A DNA stretch of 64,000 bases, from NCBI GenBank assembly GCA_964016885.1, contig OZ024745.1, positions 42,160,001 to 42,224,000 on the forward strand, read 5' to 3'. Every line of letters begins with the position of its first letter. Within the stretch, counting starts at the first letter, position 1. The translations under genes and the position numbers were made by a program. Shown here in pieces: positions 26,231 through 41,300 of this stretch. This DNA is from Eledone cirrhosa (lineage: Eukaryota). The notes below the pieces were generated by a model, which was not told the DNA's origin, searched no databases, and saw nothing but the letters and a program-made list of their open reading frames with translations.

Positions 26231-29200
26231 ACTAGATGACTAAGCAATAGAATGCAGAGTGAGTCCTGGCTTCAGTGAAATATAGTCTAACCATTGTTGC
26301 AGATGACTAGATGACTAGGCAATAGAATGCAGAGTGACTCCTGTCTTCAGTGAACTATAGGCTCACCTTATTGAAGATGACTAGATGACTAGGCAATAGA
26401 ATGCAGAGTGACTCCTGACTTCAGTGAACTATAGTCTAAACATTGTTGCAGATGACTAGATGACTACGCAATAGAATGCAGAGTGACTCCTGGCTTCTGA
26501 GAACTATAGTCTAACCATTGTTGCAGATGACTAGATGACTAGGAAATAGAATGCAGAGTGACTCCTGGCTTCAGTGAAATATAGTCTCACATTATTGCAG
26601 ATGACTAGATGACTAGCCAATAGAATACAGAGTCACTCCTGGTTTCAGTCAACTATTAGTCTCACCTTATTGCAGATGACTAGATGACTAGGCAATAGAA
26701 TGCAGAGTGACTCCTGGCTTCAGTGAACTATAGTCTCACCTTATTGCAGATGACTAGATGACAAGGCAATAGAATGCAGAGTGACTCCAGGCTTCTGTGA
26801 ACTATAGTCTCACCTTAATGCAGATGACTAGAAGACTACGCAATACAATGCAGAGTGACTCCTAGCTTCAGTGAATTTCAGTCTCACCTTATTGCAGATG
26901 ACTAAATGACTAGACAATAGAATGCAGAGTGACTCCTGGCTTCAGTGAAGTATAGTCTCACCTTATTGCAGATGACTAGATGACTAGGCAATAGAATGCA
27001 GAGTGACTCATGGCTTCTGTGAACTATAGTCTCACATTATTGCTGATGACTAGATGACTAGGCAATAGAATGCAGAGTGACTCCTGGCTTCAGGGAACTA
27101 TAGTCTCACATTATTGCAGATGACTAGAAGACTAGGCAATAGAATGCAGAGTGACTCCTGGCTTCTGTGAACTGTAGTCTAACCATTGTTGCAGATGACT
27201 AGATGACTAGGCAATAGATTGCAGAGTGACTCCGGGCTTCAGTGAACTATAGTCTCAACTTATTGCAGATGACTAGATGACTAGACAGTAGAATGCAGAG
27301 TGACTCCTGGCTTCAGTGAAGTATAGTCTAATCATTGTTGCAGATGACTAGATGACTAGGCAATAGAATGCAGAGTGACTCCTGGCTTCAGTAAACTATA
27401 GTGTCACCTTATTGCAGATGACTAGATGACTAGGCAATAGAATGCTGTGACTCCTGGCTTCTGTGAACTATAGTCTAACCATTGTTGCAGATGACTAGAT
27501 GACTAGGCAATAGATTGCAGAGTGACTCCTGGCTTCAGTGAACTATAGTCTCACCTTATTGCAGATGACTAGATGACTGGGCAATAGAATGCAGTGACTC
27601 CTGGCTTCTGTGAACTATAGTCTAACCATTGTTGCAGATGACTAGATGACTAGGCAATAGATTGCAGTGTAACTACGGGCTTCAGTGAAGTATTGTCTCA
27701 CCTTATGGCAGATGACTAGATGACTAGTCAATAGAATGCAGAGTGACTCCTGGCTTCAGTGAACTATAGTCTCACCTTATTGCAGATGACTAGATGACTA
27801 GGCAATAGAATGCAGTGACTCCTAGCTTCTGTGAACTATAGTCTAACCATTGTTGCAGATGACTAGATTACTACGCAATAGATTGCAGAGTGACTCCTGG
27901 CTTCAGTGAACTATAGTCTCACCTTATTGCAGATGACTAGATGACTGGGCAATAGAATGCAGTGACTCCTGGCTTCTGTGAACTATAGTCTAGCCATTGT
28001 TGCAGATGACTAGATGACTAGGCAATAGATTGCAGTGTAACTACGGGCTTCAGTGAAGTATTGTCTCACCTTATCGCAGATGACTAGATGACTAGGCAAT
28101 AGAATGCAGAGTGACTCGGGGCTTCATTGAAGTATAGTCTAACCATTGTTGCAGATGACTAGATGACTAGGCAATAGAATGCAGAGTGACTCCTGGCTTC
28201 AGTGAACTATAGTCTCACCTTATTACAGATGACTAGATGACTACGCAATAGAATGCAGAGTGACTCCTGACTTCGGTGAAGTATAGTCTAACCATTGTTG
28301 CAGATGACTAGATGACTAGGCAAAACAATGCAGAGTGACTCCTGGCTTCAGTGAAGTTCAGTCTCACCTTATTGCAGATGACTAAATGACTAGACAATAG
28401 AATACAGAGTGACTCCTGGCTTCAGTGATGTATAGTCTCACCTTATTGCAGATGACTAGATGACTAGGCAATAGAATGCAGAGTGACTCCTGGCTTCTGT
28501 GAACTATAGTCTCACCTTATTGCTGATGACTAGATGACTACGCAATAGAATGCAGAGTGACTCCTGGCTTCAGGGAGCTATAGTCTCACATTATTGCAGA
28601 TGACTAGAAGACTAGGCAATAGAATGCAGAGTGACTCCTGGCTTCTGTGAACTGTAGTCTAACCATTGTTGTAGATGACTAGATGACTAGGCAATAGATT
28701 GCAGAGTGACTCCGGGCTTCAGTGAAGTATAGTCTCACCTTATTGCAGATGACTAGATGACTAGGCAATAGAATGCAGAGTGACTCCTGGCTTCAGTGAA
28801 CTATAGTCTCACCTTATTGCAGATGACTAGATGACTAGGCAGTAGAATGCAGAGTGACTCCTGGCTTCAGTGAAGTATAGTCTAATCATTGTTGCAGATG
28901 ACTAGATGACTAGGCAATAGAATGCAGAGTGACTCCTGGCTTCAGTAAACTATAGTGTCACCTTATTGCAGATGACTAGATGACTAGGCAATAGAATGCA
29001 GTGACTCCTGGCTTCTGTGAACTATAGTCTAACCATTGTTGCAGATGACTAGATGACTAGGCAATAGATTGCAGAGTGACTCCTGGCTTCAGTGAACTAT
29101 AGTCTCACCTTATTGCAGATGACTAGATGACTGGGCAATAGAATGCAGAGTGACTCCTGGCTTCTGTGAACTATAGTCTAACCATTGTTGCAGATGACTA

Positions 29201-29314
29201 GATGACTAGGCAATAGATTGCAGTGTAACTACGGGCTTCAGTGAAGTATTGTCTCACCTTATCGCAGATGACTAGATGACTAGTCAATAGAATGCAGAGT
29301 GACTCCTGGCTTCA

Positions 29315-32300
29315 GTGAACTATAGTCTCACCTTATTGCAGATGACTAGATGACTACGCAATAGAATGCAGTGACTCCTGGCTTCTGTGAACTATAGTCT
29401 AACCATTGTTGCAGATGACTAGATGACTAGGCAATAGATTGCAGAGTGACTCCTGGCTTCAGTGAACTATAGTCTCACCTTATTACAGATGACTAGATGA
29501 CTAGGCAATAGAATGCAGAGTGACTCGGGGCTTCATTGAAGTATAGTCTAACCATTGTTGCAGATGACTAGATGACTAGGCAATAGAATGCAGAGTGACT
29601 CCTGGCTTCAGTGCACTATAGGCCCACTTATTGCAGATGACTAGATGACTACGCAATAGAATGCAGTGTGACTCCTGGCTTCAGTGAACTATAGTCTCAC
29701 CTTATTGCAGATGACTAGATGACTAGGCAAAAGAATGCAGAGTGACTCCTGGCTTCAGGGAACTATAGTCTCACATTATTGCAGATGACTAGAAGACTAG
29801 GCAATAGAATGCAGAGTGACTCCTGGCTTCTGTGAACTGTAGTCTAACCATTGTTGCAGATGACTAGATGACTAGGCAATAGATTGCAGAGTGACTCCGG
29901 GCTTCAGTGAAGTATAGTCTCACCTTATTGCAGATGACTAGATGACTAGGCAATAGAATGCAGAGTGACTCCTGGCTTCAGTGAACTATAGTTTCACCTT
30001 ATTGCAGATGACTAGATGACTAGGCAGTAGAATGCAGAGTGACACCTGGCTTCAGTGAAGTATAGTCTAATCATTGTTGCAGATGACTAGATGACTAGGC
30101 AATAGAATGCAGAGTGACTCCTGGCTTCAGTAAACTATAGTGTCACCTTATTGCAGATGACTAGATGACTAGGCAATAGAATGCTGTGACTCCTGGCTTC
30201 TGTGAACTATAGTCTAACCATTGTTGCAGATGACTAGATGACTAGGCAATAGATTGCAGTGTAACTACGGGCTTCAGTGAAATATAGTCTCACATTATTG
30301 CAGATGACTAGATGACTAGTCAATAGAATACACTGTGAATCCTGGCTTCGGTCAACTATAGTCTCACCTTATTGCAGATGACTTGATGACTAGGCAATAG
30401 AATGCAGAGTAACTCCTGGCTTCAGTGAAGTGTAGTCTCACTTTATTACAGATGACTAGATGACTAGGCAATAGAATGCATAGTGACTCCTGGCTTCAGT
30501 GAACTATAGTCTCACCTTGTTGCAGATGACTAAATGACTGGGCAATAGAATGCAGAGTGACTCCTGGCTTCAGTGAACTATAGTCTCACCTCATTACAGA
30601 TGACTAGATGACTACGCAATAGAATGCAGAGTGACTCCTGGCTTCGGTGAAATATAGTCTAACCATTGTTGCAGATGACTAGATGACTAGGCAATACAAT
30701 GCAGAGTGACTCCTGGCTTCAGTGAATTTCAGTCTCACCTTATTGCAGATGACTAAATGACTAGACAATAGAATGCAGAGTGACTCCTGGCTTCAGTGAA
30801 GTATAGTCTCACCCTATTGCAGATGACTAGATGACTAGGCAATAGAATGCAGAGTGACTCCTGGCTTCTGTGAACTATAGTCTCACCTTATTGCAGATGA
30901 CTAGATGACTAGGCAATAGAATGCAGAGTGACTCCTGTCTTCAGTGAACTATAGGCTCACCTTATTGAAGATGACTAGATGACTAGGCAATAGAATGCAG
31001 AGTGACTCCTGATTTCAGTGAACTATAGTCTAAACATTGTTGCAGATGACTAGATGACTACGCAATAGAATGCAGAGTGACTCCTGGCTTCTGAGAACTA
31101 TAGTCTAACCATTGTTGCAGATGACTAGATGACTAGGCAATAGAATGCAGAGTGACTCCTGGCTTCAGTGAAATATAGTCTCACATTATTGCAGATGACT
31201 AGATGACTAGCCAATAGAATACAGAGTCACTCCTGGTTTCAGTCAACTATTAGTCTCACCTTATTGCAGATGACTAGATGACTAGGCAATAGAATGCAGA
31301 GTGACTCCTGGCTTCAGTGAACTATAGTCTCACCTTAATGCAGATGACTAGAAGACTACGCAATACAATGCAGAGTGACTCCTAGCTTCAGTGAATTTCA
31401 GTCTCACCTTATTGCAGATGACTAAATGACTAGACAATAGAATGCAGAGTGACTCCTGGCTTCTGTAAACTGTAGTCTAACCATTGTTGCAGATGACTAG
31501 ATGACTAGGCAATAGATTGCAGAGTGACTCCGGGCTTCAGTGAACTATAGTCTCACCTTATTGCAGATGACTAGATGACTAGACAGTAGAATGCAGAGTG
31601 ACTCCTGGCTTCAGTGAAGTATAGTCTAATCATTGTTGCAGATGACTAGATGACTAGGCAATAGAATGCAGAGTGACTCCTGGCTTCAGTAAACTATAGT
31701 GTCACCTTATTGCAGATGACTAGATGACTAGGCAATAGAATGCTGTGACTCCTGGCTTCTGTGAACTATAGTCTAACCATTGTTGCAGATGACTAGATGA
31801 CTAGGCAATAGATTGCAGAGTGACTCCTGGCTTCAGTGAACTATAGTCTCACCTTATTGCAGATGACTAGATGACTGGGCAATAGAATGCAGTGACTCCT
31901 GGCTTCTGTGAACTATAGTCTAACCATTGTTGCAGATGACTAGATGACTAGGCAATAGATTGCAGTGTAACTACGGGCTTCAGTGAAGTATTGTCTCACC
32001 TTATGGCAGATGACTAGATGACTAGTCAATAGAATGCAGAGTGACTCCTGGCTTCAGTGAACTATAGTCTCACCTTATTGCAGATGACTAGATGACTAGG
32101 CAATAGAATGCAGTGACTCCTGGCTTCTGTGAACTATAGTCTAACCATTGTTGCAGATGACTAGATTACTACGCAATAGATTGCAGAGTGACTCCTGGCT
32201 TCAGTGAACTATAGTCTCACCTTATTGCAGATGACTAGATGACTGGGCAATAGAATGCAGTGACTCCTGGCTTCTGTGAACTATAGTCTAGCCATTGTTG

Positions 32301-35300
32301 CAGATGACTAGATGACTAGGCAATAGATTGCAGTGTAACTACGGGCTTCAGTGAAGTATTGTCTCACCTTATCGCAGATGACTAGATGACTAGGCAATAG
32401 AATGCAGAGTGACTCGGGGCTTCATTGAAGTATAGTCTAACCATAGTTGCAGATGACTAGATGACTAGGCAATAGAATGCAGAGTGACTCCTGGCTTCAG
32501 TGAACTATAGTCTCACCTTATTACAGATGACTAGATGACTACGCAATAGAATGCAGAGTGACTCCTGACTTCGGTGAAGTATAGTCTAACCATTGTTGCA
32601 GATGACTAGATGACTAGGCAATACAATGCAGAGTGACTCCTGGCTTCAGTGAAGTTCAGTCTCACCTTATTGCAGATGACTAAATGACTAGACAATAGAA
32701 TACATAGTGACTCCTGGCTTCAGTGATGTATAGTCTCACCTTATTGCAGATGACTAGATGACTAGGCAATAGAATGCAGAGTGACTCCTGGCTTCTGTGA
32801 ACTATAGTCTCACCTTATTGCTGATGACTAGATGACTAGGCAATAGAATGCAGAGTGACTCCTGGCTTCAGGGAACTATAGTCTCACATTATTGCAGATG
32901 ACTAGAAGACTAGGCAATAGAATGCAGAGTGACTCCTGGCTTCTGTGAACTGTAGTCTAACCATTGTTGTAGATGACTAGATGACTAGGCAATAGATTGC
33001 AGAGTGACTCCGGGCTTCAGTGAAGTATAGTCTCACCTTATTGCAGATGACTAGATGACTAGGCAATAGAATGCAGAGTGACTCCTGGCTTCAGTGAACT
33101 ATAGTCTCACCTTATTGCAGATGACTAGATGACTAGGCAGTAGAATGCAGAGTGACTCCTGGCTTCAGTGAAGTATAGTCTAATCATTGTTGCAGATGAC
33201 TAGATGACTAGGCAATAGAATGCAGAGTGACTCCTGGCTTCAGTAAACTATAGTGTCACCTTATTGCAGATGACTAGATGACTAGGCAATAGAATGCAGT
33301 GACTCCTGGCTTCTGTGAACTATAGTCTAACCATTGTTGCAGATGACTAGATGACTAGGCAATAGATTGCAGAGTGACTCCTGGCTTCAGTGAACTATAG
33401 TCTCACCTTATTGCAGATGACTAGATGACTGGGCAATAGAATGCAGAGTGACTCCTGGCTTCTGTGAACTATAGTCTAACCATTGTTGCAGATGACTAGA
33501 TGACTAGGCAATAGATTGCAGTGTAACTACGGGCTTCAGTGAAGTATTGTCTCACCTTATCGCAGATGACTAGATGACTAGTCAATAGAATGCAGAGTGA
33601 CTCCTGGCTTCAGTGAACTATAGTCTAACCATTGTTGCAGATGACTAGATGACTAGGCAATAGATTGCAGTGTAACTACGGGCTTCAGTGAAGTATTGTC
33701 TCACCTTATCGCAGATGACTAGATGACTAGTCAATAGAATGCAGAGTGACTCCTGGCTTCAGTGAAATATAGTCTCACCTTATTGCAGATGACTAGATGA
33801 CTGGGCAATAGAATGCAGTGACTCCTGGCTTCTGTGAACTATAGTCTAACCATTGTTGCAGATGACTAGATGACTAGGCAATAGATTGCAGAGTGACTCC
33901 TGGCTTCAGTGAACTATAGTCTCACCTTATTGCAGATGACTAGATGACTAGGCAATAGAATGCAGAGTGACTCGGGGCTTCATTGAAGTATAGTCTAACC
34001 ATTGTTGCAGATGACTAGATGACTACGCAATAGAATGCAGTGTGACTCCTGGCTTCAGTGAACTATAGTCTCACCTTATTGCAGATGACTAGATGACTAG
34101 GCAAAAGAATGCAGAGTGACTCCTGGCTTCAGTGAACTATAGTCTCACCTTATTGCAGATGACTAGAAGACTAGGCAATAGAATGCAGAGTGACTCCTGG
34201 CTTTTGTGAACTGTAGTCTAACCATTGTTGCAGATGATTAAATGACTAGGCAATAGAATGCAGAGTGACTCCTGGCTTCGTTGAAGTATAGTCTAACCAT
34301 TGTTGCAGATGACTTGATGACTAGGCAATACAATGCAGAGTGACTCCTGGCCTCAGGGAAGTATAGTCTCACCTTATTGCAGATGACTAGATGATTAGGC
34401 AATAGAATGCAGAGTGACTCCTGGCTTCAGTGAACTATAGTGTCACCTTATTGCAGATGACTAGATGACTAGGCAATAGAATGCAGAGTGAATCCTGGCT
34501 TCAGTGAACTATAGTCTCACCTTATTGCTGATGACTAGATGACTAGGCAATAGAATGCATAGTGACTCCTGGCTTCAGTGAACTATAGTCTCACCTTGTT
34601 GCAGATGACTAGATGACTGGGCAATAGAATGCAGAGTGACTCCTAGCTTCTGTGAACTATAGTCTACCCATTGTTACAGATGACTAGATGACTAGGCAAT
34701 AGATTGCAGAGTGACTCCTGGCTTCGTTGAAGTATAGTCTAACCATTGTTGCAGATGACTTGATGACTAGGCAATACAATGCAGAGTGACTCCTGGCTTC
34801 AGGGAAGTATAGTCTCACCTTATTGCAGATGACTAGATGATTAGGCAATAGAATGCAGAGTGACTCCTGGCTTCAGTGAACTATAGTCTCACCTTATTGC
34901 AGATGACTAGATGACTAGGCAATAGAATGCAGAGTGACTCCTGGCTTCAGTGAACTATAGTCTCACCTTATTGCTGATGACTAGATGACTAGGCAATACA
35001 ATGCATAGTGACTCCTGGCTTCAGTGAACTATAGTCTCACCTTGTTGCAGATGACAAGATGACTGGGCAATAGAATGCAGAGTGACTCCTGGCTTCAGTG
35101 AACTATAGTCTCACCTTATTACAGATGAGTAGATGACTACGCAATAGAATGCAGAGTGACACCTGGCTTCGGTGAAGTATAGTTTAACCATTGTTGCAGA
35201 TGACTAGATGACTAGGCAATACAATGCAGAGTGACTCCTGGCTTCAGTGACGTTCAGTCTCACCTTATTGCAGATGACTAAATGACTGGACAATAGAATG

Positions 35301-38300
35301 CAGAGTGACTCCTGGCTTCTGTGACCTATAGTCTCACCTTATTGCTGATGACTAGATGACTACGCAATAGAATGCAGAGTGACTCCTGGCTTCAGGGAAC
35401 TATAGTCTCACATTATTGCAGATGACTAGAAGACTAGGCAATAGAATGCAAAGTGACTCCTGGCTTTTGTGAACTGTAGTCTAACCATTGTTGCAGATGA
35501 TTAGATGACTAGGCAATAGAATGCATAGTGACTCCTGGCTTCAGTGAACTATAGTCTCACCTTGTTGCAGATGACTAGATGACTGGGCAATAGAATGCAG
35601 AGTGACTCCTGGCTTCAGTGAACTATAGTCTCACCTTATTGCTGATGACTAGATGACTAGGCAATAGAATGCATAGTGACTCCTGGCTTCAGTGAACTAT
35701 AGTCTCACCTTGTTGCAGATGACTAGATGACTGGGCAATAGAATGCAGAGAGACTCCTGGCTTCAGTGAACTATAGTCTCACCTTATTGCAGATGACTAA
35801 ATGACTAGACAATAGAATGCAGAGTGACTCCTGGCTTCTGTGACCTATAGTCTCACCTTATTGCTGATGACTAGATGACTACGCAATAGAATGCAGAGTG
35901 ACTCCTGGCTTCAGGGAACTATAGTCTCACATTATTGCAGATGACTAGAAGACTAGGCAATAGAATGCAGAGTGACTCCTGGCTTCTGTGAACTATAGTC
36001 TCACCTTATTGCAGATGACTAGATGACTACGCAATAGAATGCAGTGACTCCTGGCTTCTGTGAACTATAGTCTAACCATTGTTGCAGATGACTAGATGAC
36101 TAGGCAATAGATTGCAGAGTGACTCCTGGCTTCAGTGAACTATAGTCTCACCTTATTACAGATGACTAGATGACTAGGCAATAGAATGCAGAGTGACTCG
36201 GGGCTTCATTGAAGTATAGTCTAACCATTGTTGCAGATGACTAGATGACTAGGCAATAGAATGCAGAGTGACTCCTGGCTTCAGTGCACTATAGGCTCAC
36301 TTATTGCAGATGACTAGATGGCTACGCAATAGAATGCAGTGTGACTCCTGGCTTCAGTGAACTATAGTCTCACCTTATTGCAGATGACTAGATGACTAGG
36401 CAAAAGAATGCAGAGTGACTCCTGGCTTCAGGGAACTATAGTCTCACATTATTGCAGATGACTAGAAGACTAGGCAATAGAATGCAGAGTGACTCCTGGC
36501 TTCTGTGAACTGTAGTCTAACCATTGTTGCAGATGACTAGATGACTAGGCAATAGATTGCAGAGTGACTCCGGGCTTCAGTGAAGTATAGTCTCACCTTA
36601 TTGCAGATGACTAGATGACTAGGCAATAGAATGCAGAGTGACTCCTGGCTTCAGTGAACTATAGTTTCACCTTATTGCAGATGACTAGATGACTAGGCAG
36701 TAGAATGCAGAGTGACACCTGGCTTCAGTGAAGTATAGTCTAATCATTGTTGCAGATGACTAGATGACTAGGCAATAGAATGCAGAGTGACTCCTGGCTT
36801 CAGTAAACTATAGTGTCACCTTATTGCAGATGACTAGATGACTAGGCAATAGAATGCTGTGACTCCTGGCTTCTGTGAACTATAGTCTAACCATTGTTGC
36901 AGATGACTAGATGACTAGGCAATAGATTGCAGTGTAACTACGGGCTTCAGTGAAATATAGTCTCACATTATTGCAGATGACTAGATGACTAGTCAATAGA
37001 ATACACTGTGAATCCTGGCTTCGGTCAACTATAGTCTCACCTTATTGCAGATGACTTGATGACTAGGCAATAGAATGCAGAGTAACTCCTGGCTTCAGTG
37101 AAGTGTAGTCTCACTTTATTACAGATGACTAGATGACTAGGCAATAGAATGCATAGTGACTCCTGGCTTCAGTGAACTATAGTCTCACCTTGTTGCAGAT
37201 GACTAAATGACTGGGCAATAGAATGCAGAGTGACTCCTGGCTTCAGTGAACTATAGTCTCACCTCATTACAGATGACTAGATGACTACGCAATAGAATGC
37301 AGAGTGACTCCTGGCTTCGGTGAAATATAGTCTAACCATTGTTGCAGATGACTAGATGACTAGGCAATACAATGCAGAGTGACTCCTGGCTTCAGTGAAT
37401 TTCAGTCTCACCTTATTGCAGATGACTAAATGACTAGACAATAGAATGCAGAGTGACTCCTGGCTTCAGTGAAGTATAGTCTCACCCTATTGCAGATGAC
37501 TAGATGACTAGGCAATAGAATGCAGAGTGACTCCTGGCTTCTGTGAACTATAGTCTCACCTTATTGCAGATGACTAGATGACTAGGCAATAGAATGCAGA
37601 GTGACTCCTGTCTTCAGTGAACTATAGGCTCACCTTATTGAAGATGACTAGATGACTAGGCAATAGAATGCAGAGTGACTCCTGATTTCAGTGAACTATA
37701 GTCTAAACATTGTTGCAGATGACTAGATGACTACGCAATAGAATGCAGAGTGACTCCTGGCTTCTGAGAACTATAGTCTAACCATTGTTGCAGATGACTA
37801 GATGACTAGGCAATAGAATGCAGAGTGACTCCTGGCTTCAGTGAAATATAGTCTCACATTATTGCAGATGACTAGATGACTAGCCAATAGAATACAGAGT
37901 CACTCCTGGTTTCAGTCAACTATTAGTCTCACCTTATTGCAGATGACTAGATGACTAGGCAATAGAATGCAGAGTGACTCCTGGCTTCAGTGAACTATAG
38001 TCTCACCTTAATGCAGATGACTAGAAGACTACGCAATACAATGCAGAGTGACTCCTAGCTTCAGTGAATTTCAGTCTCACCTTATTGCAGATGACTAAAT
38101 GACTAGACAATAGAATGCAGAGTGACTCCTGGCTTCTGTAAACTGTAGTCTAACCATTGTTGCAGATGACTAGATGACTAGGCAATAGATTGCAGAGTGA
38201 CTCCGGGCTTCAGTGAACTATAGTCTCACCTTATTGCAGATGACTAGATGACTAGACAGTAGAATGCAGAGTGACTCCTGGCTTCAGTGAAGTATAGTCT

Positions 38301-41300
38301 AATCATTGTTGCAGATGACTAGATGACTAGGCAATAGAATGCAGAGTGACTCCTGGCTTCAGTAAACTATAGTGTCACCTTATTGCAGATGACTAGATGA
38401 CTAGGCAATAGAATGCTGTGACTCCTGGCTTCTGTGAACTATAGTCTAACCATTGTTGCAGATGACTAGATGACTAGGCAATAGATTGCAGAGTGACTCC
38501 TGGCTTCAGTGAACTATAGTCTCACCTTATTGCAGATGACTAGATGACTGGGCAATAGAATGCAGTGACTCCTGGCTTCTGTGAACTATAGTCTAACCAT
38601 TGTTGCAGATGACTAGATGACTAGGCAATAGATTGCAGTGTAACTACGGGCTTCAGTGAAGTATTGTCTCACCTTATGGCAGATGACTAGATGACTAGTC
38701 AATAGAATGCAGAGTGACTCCTGGCTTCAGTGAACTATAGTCTCACCTTATTGCAGATGACTAGATGACTAGGCAATAGAATGCAGTGACTCCTGGCTTC
38801 TGTGAACTATAGTCTAACCATTGTTGCAGATGACTAGATTACTACGCAATAGATTGCAGAGTGACTCCTGGCTTCAGTGAACTATAGTCTCACCTTATTG
38901 CAGATGACTAGATGACTGGGCAATAGAATGCAGTGACTCCTGGCTTCTGTGAACTATAGTCTAGCCATTGTTGCAGATGACTAGATGACTAGGCAATAGA
39001 TTGCAGTGTAACTACGGGCTTCAGTGAAGTATTGTCTCACCTTATCGCAGATGACTAGATGACTAGGCAATAGAATGCAGAGTGACTCGGGGCTTCATTG
39101 AAGTATAGTCTAACCATAGTTGCAGATGACTAGATGACTAGGCAATAGAATGCAGAGTGACTCCTGGCTTCAGTGAACTATAGTCTCACCTTATTACAGA
39201 TGACTAGATGACTACGCAATAGAATGCAGAGTGACTCCTGACTTCGGTGAAGTATAGTCTAACCATTGTTGCAGATGACTAGATGACTAGGCAATACAAT
39301 GCAGAGTGACTCCTGGCTTCAGTGAAGTTCAGTCTCACCTTATTGCAGATGACTAAATGACTAGACAATAGAATACATAGTGACTCCTGGCTTCAGTGAT
39401 GTATAGTCTCACCTTATTGCAGATGACTAGATGACTAGGCAATAGAATGCAGAGTGACTCCTGGCTTCTGTGAACTATAGTCTCACCTTATTGCTGATGA
39501 CTAGATGACTAGGCAATAGAATGCAGAGTGACTCCTGGCTTCAGGGAACTATAGTCTCACATTATTGCAGATGACTAGAAGACTAGGCAATAGAATGCAG
39601 AGAGACTCCTGGCTTCTGTGAACTGTAGTCTAACCATTGTTGTAGATGACTAGATGACTAGGCAATAGATTGCAGAGTGACTCCGGGCTTCAGTGAAGTA
39701 TAGTCTCACCTTATTGCAGATGACTAGATGACTAGGCAATAGAATGCAGAGTGACTCCTGGCTTCAGTGAACTATAGTCTCACCTTATTGCAGATGACTA
39801 GATGACTAGGCAGTAGAATGCAGAGTGACTCCTGGCTTCAGTGAAGTATAGTCTAATCATTGTTGCAGATGACTAGATGACTAGGCAATAGAATGCAGAG
39901 TGACTCCTGGCTTCAGTAAACTATAGTGTCACCTTATTGCAGATGACTAGATGACTAGGCAATAGAATGCAGTGACTCCTGGCTTCTGTGAACTATAGTC
40001 TAACCATTGTTGCAGATGACTAGATGACTAGGCAATAGATTGCAGAGTGACTCCTGGCTTCAGTGAACTATAGTCTCACCTTATTGCAGATGACTAGATG
40101 ACTGGGCAATAGAATGCAGAGTGACTCCTGGCTTCTGTGAACTATAGTCTAACCATTGTTGCAGATGACTAGATGACTAGGCAATAGATTGCAGTGTAAC
40201 TACGGGCTTCAGTGAAGTATTGTCTCACCTTATCGCAGATGACTAGATGACTAGTCAATAGAATGCAGAGTGACTCCTGGCTTCAGTGAACTATAGTCTA
40301 ACCATTGTTGCAGATGACTAGATGACTAGGCAATAGATTGCAGTGTAACTACGGGCTTCAGTGAAGTATTGTCTCACCTTATCGCAGATGACTAGATGAC
40401 TAGTCAATAGAATGCAGAGTGACTCCTGGCTTCAGTGAAATATAGTCTCACCTTATTGCAGATGACTAGATGACTGGGCAATAGAATGCAGTGACTCCTG
40501 GCTTCTGTGAACTATAGTCTAACCATTGTTGCAGATGACTAGATGACTAGGCAATAGATTGCAGAGTGACTCCTGGCTTCATTGAACTATAGTCTCACCT
40601 TATTGCAGATGACTAGATGACTAGGCAATAGAATGCAGAGTGACTCGGGGCTTCATTGAAGTATAGTCTAACCATTGTTGCAGATGACTAGATGACTACG
40701 CAATAGAATGCAGTGTGACTCCTGGCTTCAGTGAACTATAGTCTCACCTTATTGCAGATGACTAGATGACTAGGCAAAAGAATGCAGAGTGACTCCTGGC
40801 TTCAGTGAACTATAGTCTCACCTTATTGCAGATGACTAGAAGACTAGGCAATAGAATGCAGAGTGACTCCTGGCTTTTGTGAACTGTAGTCTAACCATTG
40901 TTGCAGATGATTAAATGACTAGGCAATAGAATGCAGAGTGACTCCTGGCTTCGTTGAAGTATAGTCTAACCATTGTTGCAGATGACTTGATGACTAGGCA
41001 ATACAATGCAGAGTGACTCCTGGCCTCAGGGAAGTATAGTCTCACCTTATTGCAGATGACTAGATGATTAGGCAATAGAATGCAGAGTGACTCCTGGCTT
41101 CAGTGAACTATAGTGTCACCTTATTGCAGATGACTAGATGACTAGGCAATAGAATGCAGAGTGAATCCTGGCTTCAGTGAACTATAGTCTCACCTTATTG
41201 CTGATGACTAGATGACTAGGCAATAGAATGCATAGTGACTCCTGGCTTCAGTGAACTATAGTCTCACCTTGTTGCAGATGACTAGATGACTGGGCAATAG